Shown here piece after piece: positions 38,561 to 47,956 of a DNA stretch of 64,000 bases; the first letter of the stretch is position 1; each line of letters opens with the position of its first letter. The position numbers and the translations under genes are program-made. Origin of the DNA: an uncultured delta proteobacterium (GTDB lineage: Bacteria; Bdellovibrionota; FAC87; UBA2466); the NCBI GenBank assembly GCA_963778115.1, contig CAVZSV010000004.1:1152001-1216000 (forward strand), written 5' to 3'. The notes under the pieces are model-generated. The model worked only from the letters and a program-made list of their open reading frames with translations. It did no database searches and had not been told where the DNA came from.

Positions 38561-39904
38561 ATGAAATCCGCACCGAGAAAGCGATCCTCCGCACAAGCCA
38601 AATCGAACGCAGATTGCTCTCCGGTGCGCCCGTTTTCATCGACCTCACTTGGTTGGAGAGAATCGATCCTATGGCAAAAAGCGATAAAACGAAATCCCAG
38701 AGAGGCCTTTTCCCAACTATTCGCGGCGCACGGAGAGCTTGTTCATCTATACCGTGGCATTAAGCCATTAGTCCTGATCCATCATCCGGAACTAGTCAAA
38801 GAGGTACTCGCAAATCAAGCCGACAACCTATCGAAGACAAGAAAGCGGCGTCCCGTTTTCGGAAATGGTCTTGTCACTAGCGAGGGAGTCGAATGGGTCG
38901 CCCAACGAGAGATGGGACGAGATTTCTTCGCCTCTTTCGAGATGTCGGATGATGATTTTTTAAAGTCCTTTACTCAAGCCACAAAGCGCCTCAATGAAAA
39001 AGCAAAACGCCATGAGCCCTTCTGTCTATTTTCGGAAATTGGCGCCGAGGTTTTAGCCTTTACGACTCAGCAGCTTCTGGGAATAGCCCTCTCTGACGAG
39101 TCCTCACGGATTATTCGAAGCTCGGTAGACGTCTTAATAAAGAAACGGGCTCCTTGGTACCGTCTTCTATTGTCCCCTCGGTCCAATCAGCCCTTCGATT
39201 CCGCTCTTCGAAACTACAGAAATGAAGTGACAAAATTGATCGAGCTTTCGCTCCAATCACCTGGTGAGAACTTAACCAAGTTTCTAAGGGACCGTATGCG
39301 ACAAAGCGGATTAAAAGTACCGCTTTTCGATCAAGTATCTACTTACTTACTCGCTTCGCATGATACGACGACGTCACAGTTATCTTCTGCCCTGTGCTTA
39401 ATCGCCTCGCACTCTTGCCTACAAACAGAATTATCCTCCTCCTTGCGGCAGGAAAAAGAACAGAAAAAAGTAAGAGCGCGTATCAGAAATATCATTAAAG
39501 AGGCTATGCGGTTATGGCCGCCAGTTTGGTTAATGTCCCGGGAAGTGAAAAACTCTTTTTCTTTAGGCGATCGGCGGCTTAGAAAAGGAACTGAAATCGC
39601 TTGGGTGCCTTTTCTCTTGCACCGCCATCCCGATTATTGGAAATCTCCAGACACCTTTATTCCAGATCGCTTTTCCAATCTCGAAGAGCAGACGACCAGC
39701 TACTTTCCCTTTGGGTTTGGTCCGAGAAGCTGCATCGGGGCACACGTTTCGTTGTCATTGGGAGTAAACCTCTTATCCGCTTGGCTGACTCAGTTTGAAG
39801 TCCATGTTGCGCGCGATAGCTTTCAGCCGGAATTTCATTTTGTGCTCAGACCGCGTTTACCACTTTTGGTGAGCCTTTCTCGAAGAGAACCATCGAAATC
39901 CTAA
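38561..39904 (+). CDS. Cytochrome P450
   Basis: ASHDTT I-helix, EAMRLWPP (ExxR), PDRF, FGFGPRSCIG heme-thiolate motif; start at ATG 38561 after AGAGGG. Confidence 0.9.
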   Translation: MKSAPRKRSSAQAKSNADCSPVRPFSSTSLGWRESILWQKAIKRNPREAFSQLFAAHGELVHLYRGIKPLVLIHHPELVKEVLANQADNLSKTRKRRPVFGNGLVTSEGVEWVAQREMGRDFFASFEMSDDDFLKSFTQATKRLNEKAKRHEPFCLFSEIGAEVLAFTTQQLLGIALSDESSRIIRSSVDVLIKKRAPWYRLLLSPRSNQPFDSALRNYRNEVTKLIELSLQSPGENLTKFLRDRMRQSGLKVPLFDQVSTYLLASHDTTTSQLSSALCLIASHSCLQTELSSSLRQEKEQKKVRARIRNIIKEAMRLWPPVWLMSREVKNSFSLGDRRLRKGTEIAWVPFLLHRHPDYWKSPDTFIPDRFSNLEEQTTSYFPFGFGPRSCIGAHVSLSLGVNLLSAWLTQFEVHVARDSFQPEFHFVLRPRLPLLVSLSRREPSKS

Positions 39905-40683
39905 AACCATTTATGAAAGGTATAAAACGAACCCAGGGGATGCCACCCGACTTCGGTCCAAAGTCGTTGGATCAGCGTGTTCTGAATCTGAGTCGAGGTG
40001 AAAGCCTGCTTAACTCCACGATCTTTCACAATTTGTGTTCCCGCTTGGAGTAAAGCTCGATAAACACCTATCTGCCCTTTAGCGATTTTAGGATCGATGG
40101 CGGCAAGAGTGGCTTCTCCAATGGGGGAGGCGGCTCCGCATAATTTAGAAGCCCTAATGACAAGAACTCCGCAGCCCACTATTTTTCCTTTATCTTCAAC
40201 GACAATCAACTCCTGTCCCTGGTCCTTACCGTGGAAAGCAGATCTTACCCACTCCCGATAGAGCGCACCCTGATTGCGAGGATCAATTTTAGGATCGGAG
40301 CGATAGTGTGAAGGAAAAGCACTAAAACAACGCTCCGTAATATCCTCTAAGGCAGAAAGATCCGTCCTGGCCGCCATTCGAAATGCAAGGCGAGCAGCCC
40401 CTCCGAGTTTAGCAACTTCCTCTACTCGGCATCCGTAATAGACGAGAGTGTCGCACAATAGATATCCCCTTTCCGCCATTCGCGGAAGAAGCCTTGTCGC
40501 GTTCGTGGGCATCCGAAAGACTAGTAGCTTGGCCTTTGTCGACAGGGCCAACTTTTCTGCTTTCTCCACTTCCTCAAGCCTATCACTGGTAAGCCGCAGC
40601 ACCGGATAGCCTAAGATCTTACTATCCGTGGTCGATTCAGCAACGGAGGTAGATAGTATTTCAATTAAGTCGGACTCCCGCAT
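39901..40683 (-). CDS. GNAT acetyltransferase, WecD (TDP-fucosamine acetyltransferase)-like
   Basis: SHYRSDP, LYREWV, STQIQN, YTFHKWF. Confidence 0.7.
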   Translation of the reverse strand: MRESDLIEILSTSVAESTTDSKILGYPVLRLTSDRLEEVEKAEKLALSTKAKLLVFRMPTNATRLLPRMAERGYLLCDTLVYYGCRVEEVAKLGGAARLAFRMAARTDLSALEDITERCFSAFPSHYRSDPKIDPRNQGALYREWVRSAFHGKDQGQELIVVEDKGKIVGCGVLVIRASKLCGAASPIGEATLAAIDPKIAKGQIGVYRALLQAGTQIVKDRGVKQAFTSTQIQNTLIQRLWTEVGWHPLGSFYTFHKWF

Positions 40684-40862
40684 TTCACTACCTTTTTCTT
40701 CTGGCTCTTAACTTGGTTTCTGGTTGCTGAGTTTGCACTCGCCAAAATGAACGCAAGAAATTGCAAGTGACGGTCAAACTATTATTCGGTTCAAATGCTT
40801 TGTCGAAAGGTAACGCAATCGAATACTGCCTTGAGAGCGTTTCTTTATCAAATCCCTCTAGC

Positions 40863-41726
40863 TTATTGAGAGAGAAGTCGATTCTTGTCCCTGACGGCGA
40901 AATGAAAACAAATATTATGCTTAAGAAGGTCCAACTGCCTAACTGGAGTTTCCCGAATGGTTTTGCACGAAGCACCGTTTTTCTCCGAAAGATGTTTCCC
41001 ATAGCTTCCTTCACGCTCCAGATAAACTTCTTTACAGTAATGGCAGGTAATCTGATTTTTCGTCACTCGTTCACGAACGTGTTGGCTATAGTACCATCCT
41101 TGAAGTGACCATTTCCAATCGCTTTCAGGATCAAAAGCTTTCTGGGGAACGAAATCGACGAAGTGGAAAGTAGCTTTGCTCTGGGCCAGTACCTTTTGTG
41201 GTTCAGGAGAATAATAATATTCATCGCAATCCATTTGAAAAATATTTCCATAACGGAAAGAGAGATTGTCGAGTACTAGTCGCTTCAAGACGGGCCGAGT
41301 CACCTTGTGGAAATATTCGGGAACCGCACGCCGACGGTGCCGGTAGATAAGGAGATCGATAGAAATGCCATGAGAAAGTTCCCCGTAACTACGGTGGTGA
41401 GCACGGTACCGGATATCTGCCATCTGAGCTTGGGGTTCCTCCGGAAAGGAAACTTCACTCTCGTGCCCTTCGGTACAAAGCGCACGGACCCTACTTTCTA
41501 TGTCCTGAAGACATTCCTTATCGGTATAGCCTACGGCAAATACGAACTTCTTAATACCCCAGTAGTTGGCATAATAATTAACAAAGAACTCCATGGAATC
41601 GAACCGATCGCGAAAGATAGTACCCACACACGTTTCCGCGGGCGAAAGAACCCCTATCCGCATTAAAGGACGGCGAATTCTCCGCGAGATTGAACGGACT
41701 AACCGTTTGAGAATGGGATGACGCAT
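40863..41726 (-). CDS. Glycosyltransferase-like protein (GT-A fold, GT2/GT92-like), probably truncated by a frameshift
   Basis: TIFRD..FFVNYY..GI..F, MDCDEY DxD motif; an alternative frame continues to 40688. Confidence 0.55.
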   Translation of the reverse strand: MRHPILKRLVRSISRRIRRPLMRIGVLSPAETCVGTIFRDRFDSMEFFVNYYANYWGIKKFVFAVGYTDKECLQDIESRVRALCTEGHESEVSFPEEPQAQMADIRYRAHHRSYGELSHGISIDLLIYRHRRRAVPEYFHKVTRPVLKRLVLDNLSFRYGNIFQMDCDEYYYSPEPQKVLAQSKATFHFVDFVPQKAFDPESDWKWSLQGWYYSQHVRERVTKNQITCHYCKEVYLEREGSYGKHLSEKNGASCKTIRETPVRQLDLLKHNICFHFAVRDKNRLLSQ

Positions 41727-41756
41727 TGGGTTAATAATATAGAGTCCTTCTCCGTC

Positions 41757-41784
41757 TTTTCGGAATTATTAGAAGTTCGTATTA
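41757..41784 (-). promoter_or_regulatory. sigma28/FliA-like promoter
   Basis: TAATA-N15-TCCGAAAA on the minus strand. Confidence 0.4.
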
Positions 41785-42008
41785 ACCTTCACCTGCAAAT
41801 TTACGAAGGGTATCCTCATGCACCGAGATTGCTTCGTCGAGTCGCTTTGCTCCTGCCCCTTGTAATGAGAGCCTTGGGGGGCGCGCCGGTATTTTAAAAG
41901 TAACAATATTCGCCCCACCCGTACCGAAAAGCCCATTTTCGTCACGTCGTCCAAGGCTGCGACAGCCGGCATATCACTTGCACAGTTAGCCGAACGGAGG
42001 CCCTGGAT

Positions 42009-42341
42009 ATGAAAAGCTTTAAGCTTACCGTCCCTTCAAATTTGAATCAGCTTGCCGGAATTGCCGGCTTGGCGATCGTCGTATTAGCCACACTTGGTTT
42101 TCGCGGTTTTTGGCCGATTTGGACGCTTCCCGTGTTGGGAGCCTTTCTTGGTTTTTCTAAAGTGAGTGATGTGAAAGGCTTTCTGATCGCAGGTCTGGCA
42201 CTTGTGGGAGTGAAGTTCGCTTTGGGCCATCTTCCCTTTTTGGGAAACCTCGTTCAGGATTTCGTCCAAAACCTTATCGCTTTGGTAGCTCCTGCAATGC
42301 TGATTGTAGCAATTCGGTCGATCTACCAAGAGCTGAAGTAG
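42009..42341 (+). CDS. Small integral membrane protein
   Basis: About 4 hydrophobic segments; RBS GGAGG. Confidence 0.7.
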   Translation: MKSFKLTVPSNLNQLAGIAGLAIVVLATLGFRGFWPIWTLPVLGAFLGFSKVSDVKGFLIAGLALVGVKFALGHLPFLGNLVQDFVQNLIALVAPAMLIVAIRSIYQELK

Positions 42342-42353
42342 CCGTCCGTATTT

Positions 42354-42710
42354 TCACTCTGGCTCGACGATCACAGCGGTTCCATAGGCCAACACTTCCG
42401 AACATCCTTGCATCACTTCCGTAGCGTCATAGATCATCGCTACTATTGCGTTGGCTCCCATTTCCGAACCATGCTGCAACATAAGTTCAAAGGCCTCGGT
42501 ACGCGCGTGTTCGCACAACTGCGATAACAATGTGATGTTCCCCCCAAAGAGGGTCTGAAGCCCCACGAAAAAGGATCCCACGACCGAACGCGATCGCACG
42601 GTAATCCCTCGAACAACTCCTAGATTCTTTACGATCTTATAACCTGGAAGTTCAAGGGCGGTGGTTACCATGGAATGGTGGATGCGATCGTCTCTGATTG
42701 CCGGCTGCAT
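42354..42710 (-). CDS. YbjQ/UPF0145 family protein
   Basis: [34 protein letters not shown]. Confidence 0.88.
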   Translation of the reverse strand: MQPAIRDDRIHHSMVTTALELPGYKIVKNLGVVRGITVRSRSVVGSFFVGLQTLFGGNITLLSQLCEHARTEAFELMLQHGSEMGANAIVAMIYDATEVMQGCSEVLAYGTAVIVEPE

Positions 42711-42776
42711 AATATCCTCACTTCTTAGGCTAGCTACATTGACTAGCTATCTTACCTAAAGGTAGCCTCTCTCGCC

Positions 42777-43028
42777 ATGGGACTTAAAGAAGATTTCGAC
42801 CAGGCCGCAAAACAGGTAATGAACCTCACCACTCGCCCCAGCAATGATATTTTGCTTAACTTGTACGCCCTCTACAAACAGGCAACCGAAGGGGATGTCC
42901 GAGGAAAGAAACCAGGGGTTTTCGACCTCAAAGGACGTAAGAAATTCGAGGCATGGGAGGCTCTCAAGGGAAAAGCGAAAGACTCAGCACAAGTAGATTA
43001 TATCGCTCTGGTGCAGTCGCTTCTCTAG
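42777..43028 (+). CDS. Acyl-CoA-binding protein (ACBP)
   Basis: LLNLYALYKQATEGD, KPGVFD..KFEAW..LKG. Confidence 0.9.
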   Translation: MGLKEDFDQAAKQVMNLTTRPSNDILLNLYALYKQATEGDVRGKKPGVFDLKGRKKFEAWEALKGKAKDSAQVDYIALVQSLL

Positions 43029-43031
43029 TGA

Positions 43032-46000
43032 CTACTTGCCGAGTAAAATAGCGATCGAGTTACTCCCCGCGTTTACCACGGCGATGTCCGTCTTATGGGC
43101 CCCTGTGAAATCTCCTAAGAAACTAGCGCTAGGTGTCGTCCCTCCGCTGGCGTACGGTAAGGCAGACCCAAACGTCCCGTCTCCGTTTCCAAAAAGGACA
43201 CTCGCGACCGAATCATTACTATTGGTAATCACCAGATCTTGCCGCCCGTCCGCATTGAGATCAGCCACGGAAATGCTTGTGGGAAGATTGCCGGAAGCAT
43301 AGGTAACTTGGCTCTGAAAAGTACCGTCGCCATTGCCTAAATAGATGCTAAGCGCACTACTCAGTTTATTAACAACGGCCAAGTCCACTTGGCCATCTCC
43401 ATTAAAATCACCGACGACAACCCCACAGGGCTGAGATTGTGCCGGATAGGTAACTTGGCTTTGGAACGTCCCATTGGCTTTTCCGATAAGCACACTAATA
43501 GTGCTACTGTTTAGGTTTGCCACAACCACGTCGACGATTCCGTCCCCATTAAAATCTCCCGCGGCAATGCTATAAGGCTCAGCGCCCGTCGAATAGGTGG
43601 TCTGAGTTTGGAAGGTACCGTCTCCATTACCCCATAGGACGCTTATGTTGTTACTCGAATAGTTCGCTACGATAAGATCTAACTTACCGTCGCCATTGAC
43701 GTCAGCGATCGTAATTGCCCGGGGATGGTTTCCTACAGAGTAAGCGACTTGTGTCTGAAAAGTTCCATCGCCATTTCCAAGTAAAATACTGACGGTGTTG
43801 CTTGAGTAGTTACTGACCGCAAGATCCGGTTTCCCATCGCCATTCAGATCGGCTACCGCGATCCCATCGGGGCCAGCTCCTGTGGGATACGTAATCTGAG
43901 TTTGAAAGGTTCCGTCACCGTTGCCCAGAAAAATGCCTACAGAATTACCCGAGTAATTTGCGACGACCAGATCGCTTTTTCCGTCGCCATTAAAATCCCC
44001 GCCGGAAATGCTTTCGGGACTTGCCCCCGTCGTATAAGTCGTTTGAGTTTGGAAAGTGCCATCCCCGTTGCCCAAAAGAACCGCCGCCAAATCCGTTCCC
44101 GAGGTCGCTATGACGAGGTCTTGCTTTCCATCGGAGTCAAAATCAGCGGCGGCAATGCTATTAGGAGTGGCTCCTGTCGTCACATCAGCATGAGTCTGGA
44201 AAGTGCCATCCCCATTACCCATTAAAACACTCACCGCGTTTCCGCCTGAATCCGCTACGACAAGGTCCGGATTGCCATCATTATTGAGATCGCTCGCTAC
44301 CACTGCAATGGGACTATTTCCTGTTGCGTAAGTGACTTGGGGTTCGAAAGTGCCATCCCCTACCCCAAGAAAGATCCCAACCGTATTGCCATCGAAATTG
44401 GTAACGACAATATCGGTCTTACCATCTTTATTAAAATCGCCGGCAGCAACACTATAAGGAGTCGATCCGGCTGTATAAGCGACCTGGGGTTGGAAAGTCC
44501 CATCACCGTTCCCCAGCAAGACGCCCACCGTGCCATCAGCTCCGTTTGCGACAGCCAAATCCAATTTACCATCTCTGTTAAAATCGGCGACCACGATGCT
44601 TAGGGTCTCTGCCCCGGTCGCATAGGTTACGCGAGGTTGAAAAGTTCCGTCTCCGTTTCCAAGAAGGACGCTGATGGTACCGCTAAAGACATTCGCGACC
44701 ACAATATCCACTTTCCCATTTCCTCTAAAATCCCCCAGCACCACGAAATAAGGAAAATATCCTGAAGCGTAGGTTACCTGGGATTGGAAAGTTCCATCGC
44801 CGTTGCCCAGCAAAACACTAACCGTATTGTCCGAGCGATTAGCGGCGACGATATCAACAAAGCCATCTCCGTTCACATCCTGAACCGCAACACTCGTAGG
44901 TTCGTTGCCGGTGGAATAGGAAACCGGAGCTTGGAATGAACCGTCACCATTTCCGAGAAAAACTTCCACGGTGGCATTTCCTTCATTGGTCACCACAACA
45001 TCTTGATGCCCATCACCGTTAAAGTCCGCTGTCGCTACATTGTAGGGGCTTGATCCGGTGGGAAGTTGCGGATGAGGAAAGACCCCGTTTCCTTGACCGA
45101 ATGTCGTCGTTTGAAAATTGAGTGTCGCGTTTCCGGTAAATGCTAGATCGGGTAGAGGCGTTCCCGATCTTGCTAAGATCACTTCGCCAGGGCCGCTGGC
45201 AAAACCGAGCATCGCATTCGTTTGGACATATCCGTTCGAATCGCTCACCTGCACGGGAAGTGGGACCGCAAGGTCACCATATTTTTTCTGAAAATAGAGG
45301 CTGATCCCACTGACCGGATTTCCTAAGCCATCCACGACTTGCGCTTTGAGCGCAATGGCAAGTTCGGTATCGGGATTTTGTATTTGATTATCACCAGAAA
45401 TATATACGAGGTGATCCGCTTCACGGATGTAGTTAAACCCCGCCGAAAGAGTACCTGTCTGCGCGTCCAAATTTGTGACTACCACGTTCTGAGGTCCCTG
45501 ATTGGTCGTAGGACCGGTAGTGCAGGTGATATTGACAAGAGAATTTACCGTGACGCTAAGACAGGGGGTAGTGCCGACCATGACGGTAGCCCCCGTGCGG
45601 AAATCCGTTCCGGTAACCGTAATAGCGGTTCCCCCTGTGCTCGGGCCCGTGTTTGGTGAAACCGTGTTGACCGCCGGCGCGGCATAGTAAGTATAGCCAC
45701 TCGTCAGTAGCGCTTGTTGGAGATCCGCATTGACTACGGTTACATTCACCACTCCTTCCATCGACGCAAAAGGAGTCAGGCAGGTGATCGTCGTCGCGGA
45801 TACGACAGTAACTCCCGCGCAAAAGGCGCTTCCCAATTGAACCGTTGCTCCCGCGTGAAAGCCAGCACCCGTCAGTGTTATCAAAGTTCCTCCAGCCGTG
45901 GGGCCAGATGTCGGGCTAATCAAAGATAGGACAGGCGGTCCCAAATAAGTAAACCCGTTGCTCAGCGTGCCTGATTGAGTGTCCGAGTTGGTTACCGTAA

Positions 46001-47459
46001 CGTTCACCACCCCAGGAGCGATCGTCGAAGTGGTCGCGCAAGTTAACGTCGTGGTGGAGATAATATCGAGAACAAGACAAGGGGAGCTTCCGATACTTAC
46101 CAGAGCATTCGCGTTAAAGCCGGTTCCTGTTATCGTTACCGTGGTATTGCCGGTGACCGGTCCTACGTTGGGGCTAATCGACGTGACCGTCGGAGGATTA
46201 CTATAGGTAAAGCCATTGGCAAGAGCCGCCGACTGTCCATCCGGATTGGTAACCACAACATCGTCCGTGCCCGCCGCCATCGCAAGACCCGTGGTGCAGC
46301 TCATGCTAGTCGAAGAGTTGACCACTGGATTAAGACAAGTAACGGTACCCACTTTTACGGTGGCACCCGGCAAGAAAGTAGTTCCCGTGAGAGTAATCGT
46401 AGTTTCCCTGTCGACCGGGCCGTAACTAGGCGTCACTGAAGTCAGCGTCGGAGCAATATCGTAAGTGTAAGCGTTAGTATCGATAACGGTTTGAAGATCT
46501 GTGTTGGTCACTGTGACATTTACGGTCCCTCCGCTAGCACTAGCTCCCGTCGTGCAAGTAAGAGTCGTGGAAGAGACTACGGTGACAGAACCGCAAGCGG
46601 TGCTCCCCATAAGGACCGTGGCTCCGGAACGCAATCCCGTTCCCGAGATCGTGACCAAGGTACCGCCGTGTTGAGCACCAGCGGCTGGAGAGAGGGAACT
46701 TATCGTAGGTGCCGCGTAATAGGTGAATCCATCCGACAACATTCCCGTAAGCGAACCGGGATTGGTCACCACGACATCCACGGTACCTGCCACATGCGAA
46801 GTAGCCGTGCAGGTGAGGGTGGTGAAAGAAACCAAAGTGGGTGAAAGGCACGGAGCTCCTCCGACAGTAACCGTGGCACCAGAAACAAATTGGCTTCCTG
46901 TGATAGTAACCGCCGTACTTCCCGTCGCATCCCCGAAACTCGGACTGATGCTGGTTATCATGGGAGAGACTACTCCTCCCGTCCCAAATATCGTTTGTTC
47001 GGTGACATGCTGGTTAGTGCCGTCGCTCCATTGCAAGGCGAGTGTGGTATTGGCAACTCCGTTCAGCGTAGGGGAAAACGTCACAACCACGGTGCAGGAA
47101 CTATGTTCCGTCAGTACCGATGTGCACGTTCCCCCGTTCCCTGGATAATATCCCTGTTTGTAGACAAAGGGGGCGGTGAGAGCCATTCCGCTAAGTCCCG
47201 TGACGTTGAGATCTCCTGAGTTAACGACGGTGAAGACAGCGTCTTGCGAGGCCCCCAGGTTCACCTGACCAAAATCGAAATCGGTGGTAGACGAAAGGGT
47301 AGTCGAAGGATTTTCGGAAATTCCCCCACTCATGAGGCTAGCCTGACTAAACGTAACGGCGGCGGGTGTCGCAGTACTGTCGGAATAGGGGGAGCACGCG
47401 GTAAAAAAGCAAACCGCTCCTACTCCAAAAGAGATAAGTAAATATTTTAAGAACCCCAT
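43032..47459 (-). CDS. Large surface lipoprotein/adhesin: Ig-like domain, 6 IPT/TIG domains, Ig-like domain and 14 FG-GAP repeats
   Basis: Lipobox FTAC; six P-x-I/L/V-x-S-x-S/T-P..GGT..TG..F repeats; fourteen D-F/L/V-N-G-D-G-x-x-D-type repeats of about 49 aa. Confidence 0.88.
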   Translation of the reverse strand: MGFLKYLLISFGVGAVCFFTACSPYSDSTATPAAVTFSQASLMSGGISENPSTTLSSTTDFDFGQVNLGASQDAVFTVVNSGDLNVTGLSGMALTAPFVYKQGYYPGNGGTCTSVLTEHSSCTVVVTFSPTLNGVANTTLALQWSDGTNQHVTEQTIFGTGGVVSPMITSISPSFGDATGSTAVTITGSQFVSGATVTVGGAPCLSPTLVSFTTLTCTATSHVAGTVDVVVTNPGSLTGMLSDGFTYYAAPTISSLSPAAGAQHGGTLVTISGTGLRSGATVLMGSTACGSVTVVSSTTLTCTTGASASGGTVNVTVTNTDLQTVIDTNAYTYDIAPTLTSVTPSYGPVDRETTITLTGTTFLPGATVKVGTVTCLNPVVNSSTSMSCTTGLAMAAGTDDVVVTNPDGQSAALANGFTYSNPPTVTSISPNVGPVTGNTTVTITGTGFNANALVSIGSSPCLVLDIISTTTLTCATTSTIAPGVVNVTVTNSDTQSGTLSNGFTYLGPPVLSLISPTSGPTAGGTLITLTGAGFHAGATVQLGSAFCAGVTVVSATTITCLTPFASMEGVVNVTVVNADLQQALLTSGYTYYAAPAVNTVSPNTGPSTGGTAITVTGTDFRTGATVMVGTTPCLSVTVNSLVNITCTTGPTTNQGPQNVVVTNLDAQTGTLSAGFNYIREADHLVYISGDNQIQNPDTELAIALKAQVVDGLGNPVSGISLYFQKKYGDLAVPLPVQVSDSNGYVQTNAMLGFASGPGEVILARSGTPLPDLAFTGNATLNFQTTTFGQGNGVFPHPQLPTGSSPYNVATADFNGDGHQDVVVTNEGNATVEVFLGNGDGSFQAPVSYSTGNEPTSVAVQDVNGDGFVDIVAANRSDNTVSVLLGNGDGTFQSQVTYASGYFPYFVVLGDFRGNGKVDIVVANVFSGTISVLLGNGDGTFQPRVTYATGAETLSIVVADFNRDGKLDLAVANGADGTVGVLLGNGDGTFQPQVAYTAGSTPYSVAAGDFNKDGKTDIVVTNFDGNTVGIFLGVGDGTFEPQVTYATGNSPIAVVASDLNNDGNPDLVVADSGGNAVSVLMGNGDGTFQTHADVTTGATPNSIAAADFDSDGKQDLVIATSGTDLAAVLLGNGDGTFQTQTTYTTGASPESISGGDFNGDGKSDLVVANYSGNSVGIFLGNGDGTFQTQITYPTGAGPDGIAVADLNGDGKPDLAVSNYSSNTVSILLGNGDGTFQTQVAYSVGNHPRAITIADVNGDGKLDLIVANYSSNNISVLWGNGDGTFQTQTTYSTGAEPYSIAAGDFNGDGIVDVVVANLNSSTISVLIGKANGTFQSQVTYPAQSQPCGVVVGDFNGDGQVDLAVVNKLSSALSIYLGNGDGTFQSQVTYASGNLPTSISVADLNADGRQDLVITNSNDSVASVLFGNGDGTFGSALPYASGGTTPSASFLGDFTGAHKTDIAVVNAGSNSIAILLGK
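43040..45070 (-). repeat. Intragenic tandem array of 14 FG-GAP repeats (about 147-nt period)
   Basis: Recurrent GNGDGTFQ and DxNxDGxxD units. Confidence 0.8.
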
Positions 47460-47655
47460 CCAAAAACTCCCATAACGTTCCGCTATTTACATTATACAGG
47501 GAATCAACGCGCCGCACGAAAAGCCCCTGTCATAACTATCGAGTTTCGTACGCAATCTTGGGGTCGAATATGTACCGAATTTCACAATGATGAGGATTGA
47601 CTCAAAAGCGACTCACCTTAAAAAAAATGGGGGACAAAAACGCTCTCAGCGAAAA

Positions 47656-47673
47656 TGTGAAGAAAACTTCACA
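47656..47673. promoter_or_regulatory. Palindromic TGT-N12-ACA site, candidate sigma54 enhancer-binding-protein site
   Basis: TGTGAAG-AAAA-CTTCACA perfect inverted repeat about 190 bp upstream of a -24/-12 motif. Confidence 0.55.
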
Positions 47674-47859
47674 GTCTTCTTCCGGTGATCCCGGTTAGGA
47701 TTTTCCGACTTGGGAAATCACAAGAGATAACTTAGCGCGTAAGAAATGATTCGGTAACAAGACGGCGCCGTCTGAAAAAATTATTCAAAAAGAGTGGTGC
47801 TATTTCGGCCCGTTCCCCTAATGACCCCACCTTTTACGGACAGCCGGGGCGTTTTTCAC

Positions 47860-47875
47860 TGGCATGGGACGTGCA
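47860..47875 (+). promoter_or_regulatory. sigma54 (-24/-12) promoter candidate
   Basis: TGGCAT-N5-GTGCA, correct GG-N10-GC spacing, upstream of the EPS operon. Confidence 0.55.
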
Positions 47876-47956
47876 CACTAAACGAGTAGAGTCTCGAGCG
47901 GCGAGAAAGGCGATTGGATCACTAGCCGCCCTTGGGGTTTGGGGAGAAGAAAATAA

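Noticed and set aside
43040..46980. CRISPR array or non-coding repeat
   Set aside because: The repeats are degenerate, in frame and encode FG-GAP and IPT/TIG domains; there are no identical direct repeats with spacers.
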